A stretch of DNA of 27,361 bases from Anaerolineae bacterium (GTDB lineage Bacteria > Chloroflexota > Anaerolineae > JAADDB01): NCBI GenBank assembly GCA_015486845.1, contig WFQU01000007.1, positions 1-27,361 of the forward strand. The letters run 5' to 3'. The position numbers and the translations under genes were made by a program. Below are positions 10,536 through 17,520 of this stretch, in pieces (within the stretch, counting starts at the first letter, position 1; each line of letters begins with the position of its first letter). A model generated the notes under the pieces. That model worked only from the letters and a program-made list of their open reading frames with translations, did no database searches and was not told the DNA's origin.

Positions 10536-10922
10536 ATGTCGGTTGCGGAAGAGAAGCTATTGATCAGGAGCGATTTGCCTCAGATCGCGGAAGCCCGGCG
10601 CTGGTTCACTGCGCACGTCCGGGATGCTCACTGCGACGACAGTGCCATCCGTGAGATGGAAACGGCGTTGGGTGAAGCATTGGCCAACGTGGTCCGGCAT
10701 GCCTATCGCGATCAGCCGAGCCAACCCATTGACATCACCTTAACCATTGACAGCGAAAAAATAAGCCTCGTCGTTTGTGATCAAGGGGAAGCATTCGCCG
10801 GTCGCCCTCAGCAGCCCGGCAGTTACGGCCTGATCCTGATGGAGCGGCTCACGGATGAGATGCATCGCTATGTGACAGCACGCGGTGACAACTGCTTGCG
10901 GATGGTTAAACACAGCTATTAG
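10536..10922 (+). CDS. Anti-sigma regulatory factor (RsbW/SpoIIAB-like Ser/Thr kinase, GHKL ATPase fold)
   Basis: About 128 aa. The N-box-like EALANVVRHAY motif and a G-rich region (DQGEAF...GSYGLILMERL) match HATPase_c anti-sigma kinases. ATG 10536 follows GAGGAA. It starts 12 nt after the PBP stop. Confidence 0.7.
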   Translation: MSVAEEKLLIRSDLPQIAEARRWFTAHVRDAHCDDSAIREMETALGEALANVVRHAYRDQPSQPIDITLTIDSEKISLVVCDQGEAFAGRPQQPGSYGLILMERLTDEMHRYVTARGDNCLRMVKHSY

Positions 10923-10955
10923 CCGGTTCGCTCGGCAGACTTCTCGCCCACCGGA

Positions 10956-11140
10956 GTACACGGGGAGCGAATTCCCGTACTACATTACAGAAAAGCCTCC
11001 TGAAGGAGACTGATAGGGCCGAACGCTTATTCGGCCGCCGGCGCGAGCGCCGGGCATCTCATGGCGACTGAAAGTCGCGCCGGCAATGGCCTGTGTGCAT
11101 CCACAGGTTGCCTCACAAGGCAAGGTTTTGTTCCCAAAAC
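10956..11140. repeat. Cluster of about eight consecutive short GC-rich hairpins (REP-like or structured RNA)
   Basis: Inverted repeats read directly from the sequence: acggg/cccgt; ctcc/ggag; ggccgaa/ttcggcc; ccggcg/cgccgg; gcgact/agtcgc (loop gaa); cctgtg/cacagg; ttgcct/aggcaa; gttttg/caaaac. Confidence 0.5.
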
Positions 11141-11157
11141 AAATTTTAGTGTATAAT
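11128..11157 (+). promoter_or_regulatory. Putative promoter for the SPFH-TIGR00725 operon
   Basis: TTGTTC (11128-11133), an 18-nt spacer, then TATAAT (11152-11157). It is about 105 nt upstream of ATG 11265. Confidence 0.4.
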
Positions 11158-11264
11158 ATTGCTGGCTGGGCAAGATTAACAAACAGCAAATCTTGTCACA
11201 ACCAAAACGGACGTTAGCCGGAAGGGCTATAACGTCCTTCACGCATCACAAAAGGAGATACACT

Positions 11265-12053
11265 ATGGCAGATGCAATCGGCTTTCTAACCAGCTCTCTA
11301 TTTATCATCATCGTCGTCATCGCGATTCTTACTTCGGCCATCAAGATTGTCCAGGAATACGAACGGGGCGTGATTTTCCGCTTAGGCAGGTTAGTAGGGC
11401 CCAAAGGGCCAGGCTTGTTCCTCATTATTCCCATCGTGGACCGCATGGTCAAAGTAGATTTGCGCGTCGTGACCTTAGACATTCCCGCCCAAGAAGTTAT
11501 AACACGGGACAATGTAACCGTCAAAGTCAACGCTGTAGCCTATTTTAGCATCATTGATCCTTCTTCTGCCATTGTCAAAATAGCCAATTTCCGTTGGGCC
11601 ACTTTACAGATTGCGCAAACCACTTTGCGTAATGTGATCGGCCAGTCGGAGTTAGATGAGTTGCTGGCTCACCGAGAGAAAATAAACCAGCAGTTAGCAC
11701 AGATCATTGATGAAGCAACAGAACCGTGGGGCATCAAAGTATCGAGCGTAGAAGTCAAAGATGTCGAATTACCGGCGTCCATGCAGAAAGCGATGGCGCG
11801 CCAGGCGGAAGCAGAGCGCGAAAAACGGGCCAAAGTCATTCACGCCGAAGGCGAATTTCAGGCATCGCAACGCTTGGCCCAGGCAGCCAAAACGCTGGCC
11901 ACGGAATCGGGCGCTATGCAATTGCGCTATCTGCAAACGCTAACGGAAATATCTTCTAACCAGGGTTCGACCATTGTCTTTCCAGTACCGTTGGATATGA
12001 TGCAAACTTTTAATCATATTTTAGGCTCCAAAGAAGATTCTAAAAAAGAATGA
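11265..12053 (+). CDS. SPFH/band-7 (stomatin/HflK-C-like) membrane protein
   Basis: ATG 11265 follows AAAGGAGATACACT. N-terminal TM helix (FLTSSLFIIIVVIAIL). The SPFH core is recognisable in YERGVIFRLGRLVG...GPGLFLIIPIVDRMVKVDLRVVTLDIP...ITRDNVTVKVNAVAYFSIIDP. C-terminal coiled-coil region (ARQAEAEREKRAKVIHAEGEFQAS). The track start at 11193 adds 24 non-protein-like residues. Confidence 0.85.
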   Translation: MADAIGFLTSSLFIIIVVIAILTSAIKIVQEYERGVIFRLGRLVGPKGPGLFLIIPIVDRMVKVDLRVVTLDIPAQEVITRDNVTVKVNAVAYFSIIDPSSAIVKIANFRWATLQIAQTTLRNVIGQSELDELLAHREKINQQLAQIIDEATEPWGIKVSSVEVKDVELPASMQKAMARQAEAEREKRAKVIHAEGEFQASQRLAQAAKTLATESGAMQLRYLQTLTEISSNQGSTIVFPVPLDMMQTFNHILGSKEDSKKE

Positions 12054-12592
12054 CCACCCGACAACCGATTTATGTTTCGGTTATCGGTAAAGGCCAACGG
12101 CCGGGCGATCCGCCTTTGCCGGAAAATACCGTCAATTTAGCCCGGGAGGTGGGGCGGCTGCTCGCAGAAGCCGGCGCGGTCATGGTCTGTGGCGGACTGG
12201 GTGGCGTGATGGAAGCTGCCGCCCAAGGTGTCGCCGCAGCCGGCGGCGTCAGCATCGGCATCCTGCCCGGCGAGCGTGCCCAAGCCAACTCGTACCTCAC
12301 CTACGCGTTGGCCGGAGGCATCGGTTTCTTGCGGAATCACGTCGTCGTTAACAGCGGGAACGCTGTGATCATGATTGGTGGTGGTAATGGCACGCTACAA
12401 GAAGTAACCATCGCCCATGACGCCCATCGTCCTGTGGTGATCATGGCCGGTAGCGGCGGCTGGGCCGATCGAATCGTGCCGCTGCTTGCCGACGGCTACT
12501 TAGACGAGCGCCGGGAAACAGTGATCCGCGTCGGCTACACACCCCGAGAAGTCGTCGATATCGCTTTACAGCTTGCCAGGGAGATATCATGA
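12050..12592 (+). CDS. TIGR00725-family / LOG-like (SLOG superfamily) Rossmann-fold nucleotide-binding protein
   Basis: 180 aa. Glycine-rich motifs typical of LOG and TIGR00725 (VMVCGGLGGVMEAAAQG; GILP; IMIGGGNGTLQEVT). The start ATG overlaps the SPFH stop (ATGA at 12050-12053), indicating translational coupling. Confidence 0.7.
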   Translation: MTTRQPIYVSVIGKGQRPGDPPLPENTVNLAREVGRLLAEAGAVMVCGGLGGVMEAAAQGVAAAGGVSIGILPGERAQANSYLTYALAGGIGFLRNHVVVNSGNAVIMIGGGNGTLQEVTIAHDAHRPVVIMAGSGGWADRIVPLLADGYLDERRETVIRVGYTPREVVDIALQLAREIS

Positions 12593-12599
12593 GCCTATG

Positions 12600-12830
12600 G
12601 CCTGCCTGTGCAAACAGGCACACCACAGCGGATGAAAGTCGGCCGATAGCCGGTAGCCGTTCGCCGTTAGCGAAAATACAAGCGGACGTTGATGGAGCAC
12701 TAATCGTGGAGCGCTGAAGTTGCGCCGATTAGGCCTGCGGCCAAGCGCCGACCTACGTGGTCGCGACGACGCCGACCTGCGTCGGCGTTCGGCGACACCG
12801 GCTAAAGCCTCGACGCCAGTACTGGGGAAA
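12600..12830. repeat. Intergenic cluster of GC-rich hairpins, including two tandem imperfect copies of a GCCGACCT-containing palindrome
   Basis: tgcctgt-GCAA-acaggca (7-bp stem, 4-nt loop); ggcc-tgc-ggcc; cgacc-tacgt-ggtcg followed by cgccgac-ctgc-gtcggcg; direct repeat of gcgccga. Confidence 0.45.
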
Positions 12831-13001
12831 GTGCCGCACTTTTTTAGCGACGACATCTTCGGGATCATTTTTTGACCATTGCTTTTTATCTGCGTGCGCA
12901 GCCTGTGTTTATCTGCGTCCCAATTTATTTTCAGGGGAGACCCGCTAAAACACGGCGCTGGCCGGGCGCCAAATCTTTCTCAGGGAGAGATATTTTTGAA
13001 G

Positions 13002-14339
13002 ATGAAACGTAAGTTCAATTTGTGGTTTTGGCCGTTTTTACTCTTGTTAATTGTTTTAGCTGCTGTTCTTTTCTGGTGGAAGCCGCGAACGCCATTATCA
13101 ACACTGCACCCCGCTAACGAATACACTTTATACATCGAACCAGCAGCCGGCAAACAACCCATTTTAGACGCGTTGCACAGTGCCAAGAAAAGTGTACGCA
13201 TCGTCGTTTACAATCTGACCGACGAAGATGTCATGAATGCCATGAAAGCATTAGTGAAGCAAGGTGTCTCTGTTAGGCTCATGATCGAAGACAATCCCTA
13301 TGGCGGCAGCTCTCGCAACATCGACGTAGGCAACGAAATGATGGCGGCCGGCGTCAAAGTGAAATGGTCGCCGAAATATGTGCGCTATCTGCACGAAAAA
13401 AGTATCGTCGTGGACGACAAAGTGGCGTATATTATGACCGGCAACTTGACGACCTCCATGATGACCGCCAACCGGGAGTACATTTTGCGCACCACGAACC
13501 CGGCTGTCATCCACGAAATTGGTCGCGTTTTCGAAGGGGATTGGATCAGGAAGCCAGTCGATTTGAGCAATAGTGTATTAGTTTGGTCTCCTGATAACGC
13601 CCGGCCCCGGTTGCTTGCTTTCTTCCGACAGGCCAAAAAGTCCATTTGGTTGGAAGAGCAAAACTCCTCAGACCCGGATGTGCTGTTCGCGTTGAGCAAA
13701 GCGTGCAAGAACGGCGTTGACGTGCGGGTCATCACCAGCCCGCATTTCCCCATCGAGAGCGATTATGACGAGCCCGGCCGCAAACAGTTACGGGAAGCGG
13801 GCTGTCAGGTGCGCTACATCGATTCGCCGTATGTCCACGCGAAAGTGTTCGTTGTGGACGGAAAAATGGCGTTCGTCGGCTCCGAGAACCTGACCAGCAA
13901 TTCTCTGGATAACAACCGGGAATTGGGCATCGCGCTGTACGAACCGGCCATCATCAAACAGATGCAGAAACAGTTTTTAGCCGATTGGGATAAAGGCCGG
14001 GAAGAAGCTATTCCCAAGAACGGCCTGGCCATTCCGGCCCAGGGCTATGTCGATTACCATGACGCCATGAAGTATCTGTATCGAGACGATGTGCCAGTCC
14101 GGCTGACGGTGCAGGCAATTTACAGGACCGATGCTGTAACCTGGCTCATGGGCGATAACGATCAGGATACGAATTTCAAGGTCGTGTTCTTCCCGCGGAC
14201 GTATAGCCAATTTCCAGAAGAACCAGCCAAGTTCTTCAAAGGCAAGACCATCGAGGTGACCGGCCTCATCAAGATTTATCGCGGCTGGCCGGAAGTTATT
14301 GTAGACGACGCCAGCCAGATCAAAGTCGTAAACAAGTGA
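13002..14339 (+). CDS. Phospholipase D superfamily protein with two HKD motifs, an N-terminal TM anchor and a C-terminal OB-fold-like domain (nuclease- or cardiolipin-synthase-like)
   Basis: HKD motif 1 is YLHEKSIVVDD; HKD motif 2 is YVHAKVFVVDGKMAFVGSENLT (HxKxxxxD...GSxN). N-terminal hydrophobic helix FNLWFWPFLLLLIVLAAVLFWW. The C-terminal roughly 110 aa (...GKTIEVTGLIKIYRGWPEVIVDDASQIKVV) resembles bacterial OB-fold (BOF/tRNA_anti-like) domains. The start is probably ATG 13002 (or TTG 12996), with GGGAGAG upstream. The track's extra 41 N-terminal residues look non-coding. Confidence 0.8.
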   Translation: MKRKFNLWFWPFLLLLIVLAAVLFWWKPRTPLSTLHPANEYTLYIEPAAGKQPILDALHSAKKSVRIVVYNLTDEDVMNAMKALVKQGVSVRLMIEDNPYGGSSRNIDVGNEMMAAGVKVKWSPKYVRYLHEKSIVVDDKVAYIMTGNLTTSMMTANREYILRTTNPAVIHEIGRVFEGDWIRKPVDLSNSVLVWSPDNARPRLLAFFRQAKKSIWLEEQNSSDPDVLFALSKACKNGVDVRVITSPHFPIESDYDEPGRKQLREAGCQVRYIDSPYVHAKVFVVDGKMAFVGSENLTSNSLDNNRELGIALYEPAIIKQMQKQFLADWDKGREEAIPKNGLAIPAQGYVDYHDAMKYLYRDDVPVRLTVQAIYRTDAVTWLMGDNDQDTNFKVVFFPRTYSQFPEEPAKFFKGKTIEVTGLIKIYRGWPEVIVDDASQIKVVNK

Positions 14340-14562
14340 GAAAACAACTCAGCCCAACGACTATAACGCACAGCAACGTCTGCAAAATTGCCTTACCCAG
14401 GCAGGTTTCGCAATGGTAGCAGCAATTTCCAATCGCCAGACGAGGTAGGCTGATCAGTTGCTATGGGAGGCAAGATAGATCCGCCATTTCCGTCTTTTTG
14501 CGTCTCTGCGCCCTTGCGTTGAGCTTTTTAGTTCTGGTTTGTTCAGGTTAGGAAGGATTAAA

Positions 14563-14889
14563 ATGTCGGACACACTATTCGATCTATCGGAAATCGGCCG
14601 CATCTTGACAGATGCTGGCTGGGATGTATCTATTCGTGACGAGGTTTCAGCCCGGCGGAGCAATGTGGCCGGCGTGTGGCAATTGTATGTGGACAAAGGC
14701 GGCCGGCTACGACTGCAAATTACTCGGGACACACAGCTACCACACAGCCAGCGCATCGAAAAGAAAGGCCATCAATACCGAGTGCTGCACGAAGGGCGCG
14801 AAATTATCAACATTTTTACAAACATGGATCGTATTTCTGATCTGCCAGAGATATTGCAGACTTTATCGCAATTAGCCGCTCACACTTAA
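14563..14889 (+). CDS. Hypothetical protein (108 aa)
   Basis: ATG 14563 follows AGGAAGGATTAAA. I recognise no family. It sits between the PLD-family gene and comEA on the same strand. Confidence 0.4.
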   Translation: MSDTLFDLSEIGRILTDAGWDVSIRDEVSARRSNVAGVWQLYVDKGGRLRLQITRDTQLPHSQRIEKKGHQYRVLHEGREIINIFTNMDRISDLPEILQTLSQLAAHT

Positions 14890-14903
14890 GTCAAGGTGAA
14901 CTG

Positions 14904-15551
14904 ATGCCAGAAAATTCTCCTTCTGATTCGCCTGCCAGCGGGGAAAAGGCGAAGTTTCTCTGGCTTGCTATCGCTTTCATCATCGGCATGCTGCTGGGTG
15001 CCGGTGTGATGCACTTGTACCAACCACCCGCCGATACACCGCCACTAATCATTGCGACGGCCGCGCCGACCGTGACGCCGCGCCCTTCCGCTACGCCCGG
15101 CCCCATGCATGTTTATGCCAGTGGTGCCGTGCGCAATCCGGCGGTCTACCGCCTGCCGCCGGGGAGCCGTGCCGATGCTCTATTGAAAGCAGCCGGCGGT
15201 CCTACCAACAACGCGGACTTGCGCCATTTGAACTTGGCCGCCCCATTGCACGACGGACAGCAACTATACGTGCCCAGCGTGGACGATGTTTGCCCGCCCA
15301 CTATTACCCTGGAAGCAGAAACCGGCAACGTAACCATTACGGAGATGACGCCAGGCACCATTTCCGGCGGCAAAGTCGATATTAATCACGCCAGCGCCGC
15401 GGAGTTAGCAAAGCTGCCCGGCGTGGGGCCGGCCATGGCGCAACGCATCATCGCCGCCCGGCCGTACAGCAAAATCGAGGATATCAAGCGGGTGCGGGGC
15501 ATCGGCGATAAAACCTTCGCGAAGCTAAAACCGTACATCGTGACGAAATAA
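14904..15551 (+). CDS. comEA: Competence protein ComEA (SLBB domain plus tandem helix-hairpin-helix DNA-binding domain)
   Basis: N-terminal TM helix and a Pro/Thr/Ala linker. SLBB-like segment (VYASGAVRNPAVYRLPPGSRADALLKAAGG...LYVP). C-terminal HhH motifs (INHASAAELAKLPGVGPAMAQRIIAARPYSKIEDIKRVRGIGDKTFAKLKP). AAGGTGAA ribosome-binding site. Confidence 0.8.
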   Translation: MPENSPSDSPASGEKAKFLWLAIAFIIGMLLGAGVMHLYQPPADTPPLIIATAAPTVTPRPSATPGPMHVYASGAVRNPAVYRLPPGSRADALLKAAGGPTNNADLRHLNLAAPLHDGQQLYVPSVDDVCPPTITLEAETGNVTITEMTPGTISGGKVDINHASAAELAKLPGVGPAMAQRIIAARPYSKIEDIKRVRGIGDKTFAKLKPYIVTK

Positions 15552-15578
15552 GCGGGTTGCAGCTTGTAATTAGTCAAC

Positions 15579-15620
15579 AGAAGTTCAACTTCTTCGAGAA
15601 GTTGAACTTCTCGTCCTTTT
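15579..15620. terminator. Perfect 14-bp-stem palindrome plus T-tract: intrinsic terminator for comEA and probable end of the convergent Cas4-like operon
   Basis: AGAAGTTCAACTTC (15579-15592), loop TTCGA, then GAAGTTGAACTTCT (15598-15611), followed by cgtcctttt. It starts 28 nt after the comEA stop. The same arms recur at 17521-17553. Confidence 0.7.
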
Positions 15621-15675
15621 GCGTCGGCGTGACTTTAGTCACCCCAAACTACGCGCCGGCGGAGAACGCTGGGGT

Positions 15676-16218
15676 TCACGCCAGCGATTGACCGCAGACA
15701 TGCCGCAACCCGCATTGCCGGCAGCGACGGGGATTGTTGTGGCTGCGGGGGACATCGTCCCGACCAGCCGCGGCGCGCATGGCGTCCATGGTCGCCAGTA
15801 GTTGCGATCTGGCCGCCTCGTCGAATAGCACACGCACATCGCCGCCGGGCTCGCCGACATAATGAATAATGCCATACGGCGGTGTTTGCCCCATCCTTTC
15901 TTCCACTAACAAGCAATAAGCTAACAATTGTAAGCGATGGCTCGCATACGGTCGTCCATTCGCCGGCAAATGACTTGTTTTCACTTCCACCGGAATGAAC
16001 ATGTTGTCATGGTGAATCAGGTAATCCGGCTTGCCGGAGAGCCGGTAGCGCCGGCTACGCAACGGGTGATGCACTTTTTGCCAGGATGCAGTGTCCGCAT
16101 AAACGACCTCTCCGGATGGCAAACCACTCGCACCCCGAATCCGTTTGGCCTGCCGTGACAGGAATCCGGCCAGCAAGAGCGACAGGATCACGCCGGTAAT
16201 CAGCCAAACGGCGTTCAC
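15676..16218 (-). CDS. Cas4/DUF83-like PD-(D/E)XK nuclease, C-terminal part: N-terminal TM anchor, then motifs II and III, QxxxY and a C-x2-C-x5-C iron-sulfur triad
   Basis: TM helix MNAVWLITGVILSLLLAGFL followed by basic residues (positive-inside). GKPDYLIHHDNMFIPVEVKTS gives the D...E-V-K catalytic motifs. QLLAYC matches QhxxY. The C-terminus CRQCGLRHVC has the same spacing as the Cas4 cluster cysteines. GTG start at 16216-16218 follows GGGGAGGCGTACT and overlaps the stop of the upstream ORF (GTGA). Confidence 0.65.
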   Translation of the reverse strand: MNAVWLITGVILSLLLAGFLSRQAKRIRGASGLPSGEVVYADTASWQKVHHPLRSRRYRLSGKPDYLIHHDNMFIPVEVKTSHLPANGRPYASHRLQLLAYCLLVEERMGQTPPYGIIHYVGEPGGDVRVLFDEAARSQLLATMDAMRAAAGRDDVPRSHNNPRRCRQCGLRHVCGQSLA

Positions 16219-16475
16219 AGTACGCCTCCCCGGGCCATGGACCAGACCAGTATCAACAAGAGCAACAAAGCAATGAACAACACTACCCTCGCTGCCTGTT
16301 GATAGCGCTCCCCCCGGCGCACCGAATTTGCGTGCTGTTCATGTTCCTTGATACCGCGCTGAAAAGCAGCCTCGTTAGCCGGCGTTTCGCCACGCACATA
16401 GCGCAGCCACCAAGCGCGATGACAGTAAGCCCAATTGCCGATCTCGCTGGCCGAAAGCCAACCATCTTTGTTCAT
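16215..16475 (-). CDS. Cas4/DUF83-like nuclease, N-terminal part: first cluster Cys plus motif I, then a C-terminal TM anchor
   Basis: LSASEIGNWAYCHRAWWL matches the Cas4 N-terminal SxS-h-x3-YxYCxRxxWL signature. GIKEHEQH resembles the G-x-hHE motif I. C-terminal TM helix VVLFIALLLLLILVW. ATG 16473-16475 follows GGGAGG with a 9-nt spacer. The track start (TTG 16511) is 12 codons upstream without a ribosome-binding site. Confidence 0.55.
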   Translation of the reverse strand: MNKDGWLSASEIGNWAYCHRAWWLRYVRGETPANEAAFQRGIKEHEQHANSVRRGERYQQAARVVLFIALLLLLILVWSMARGGVL

Positions 16476-16643
16476 GAATAAGTGCCTCCCAAGCCAAACA
16501 AGCTGGAACAAAAATAAACACTGATTTCACGTAGATAAATCAGAAAGGATCAGCGAACATCAACGCTATCTGCGTCATCCGCGCCCAAAGTTTAGCCTGG
16601 GCAAGCCAGAACTCATAAGCTGCGCGCAGCAAGAGTAGCTCCA

Positions 16644-17495
16644 TCAGGGACAGCGGCCGATCCACCAATCCTGGCAGGCGCGCGGGTCCATGGCGCTGCC
16701 GGTATCGCGGATGACGACCCTGATGGCCTGTCCGCGCGCCCGGCCCACGGGATCGCCCCCCTTGAGCGCCGGCAATTCGCTTCGCCCCGCCTCGTCCAGT
16801 TGGCGATAAAGCGACAGCAAAGTTGGCGCCACACAAAGCCCGTCCACGTACACCGTGTAGCCTTCCAGGTTGTCGTGCCGAGTATAATTGAGCGTAACCT
16901 GCTCCTCATCGGCGTAAACTACCAGTGCGTCGTAACCGTATTGAATGTCATAGCCGCCATCCGGCGCCCGAACGACCTCGCCGGGGGTGACCTCCAGATC
17001 GGCCATAGTCACCGGGAAGGTCGTGATGGGTGCGCCGTCCGAGTGATGCAACCTGTAGACCTGGACGAAAGTTGGCGTGCGTTCGTCGCCAAAAAGCGTG
17101 TAAAGCTGAGGCGGTGGCGTGGGGTCAGAAGCGCCGTTATACCGAACCAGTTCTTTGGGCGCATCGGCAACGTCGTAGCCCAACAACGCCAAGTTGTAGC
17201 CAGGATCCGTAGCCGCATCCGCCGGCGGCGGTATCCAGGGGTTGACGAACACGGGCAGGCTGCGATACTCGACGCCGGGGATGGCGGCGCACCCTGACGT
17301 AGCACGAATCACAAATGGCAAAAAAGTTTGTCGCTCGCTCGTGTGAGTGTGCGGTATAGCGGCGGCTTTAGAGACAGCTACTTTCTCTGCCTGGCAACCG
17401 CTTAAAAGAAAAGTCACCGCCACAGCCATCATTACGCCTATGGCCGCCACCCGTTGTAGCCATGGGCGGCGTTTGTTCGGTATTAGTCTGAGCAC
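16644..17495 (-). CDS. Putative lipoprotein (283 aa) of unknown function
   Basis: GTG 17493-17495 follows GGAGGAA with 5-nt spacing. The N-terminus (M)LRLIPNKRRPWLQRVAAIGVMMAVAVTFLLSGC reads as a signal peptide with an LSGC lipobox. The mature part is Pro/Tyr/Asp-rich with paired Cys near the C-terminus. I recognise no family. The track's first 24 residues are the translated palindrome. Confidence 0.5.
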   Translation of the reverse strand: MLRLIPNKRRPWLQRVAAIGVMMAVAVTFLLSGCQAEKVAVSKAAAIPHTHTSERQTFLPFVIRATSGCAAIPGVEYRSLPVFVNPWIPPPADAATDPGYNLALLGYDVADAPKELVRYNGASDPTPPPQLYTLFGDERTPTFVQVYRLHHSDGAPITTFPVTMADLEVTPGEVVRAPDGGYDIQYGYDALVVYADEEQVTLNYTRHDNLEGYTVYVDGLCVAPTLLSLYRQLDEAGRSELPALKGGDPVGRARGQAIRVVIRDTGSAMDPRACQDWWIGRCP

Positions 17496-17520
17496 ATGGG
17501 TTCCTCCGCCTGGAACAATT

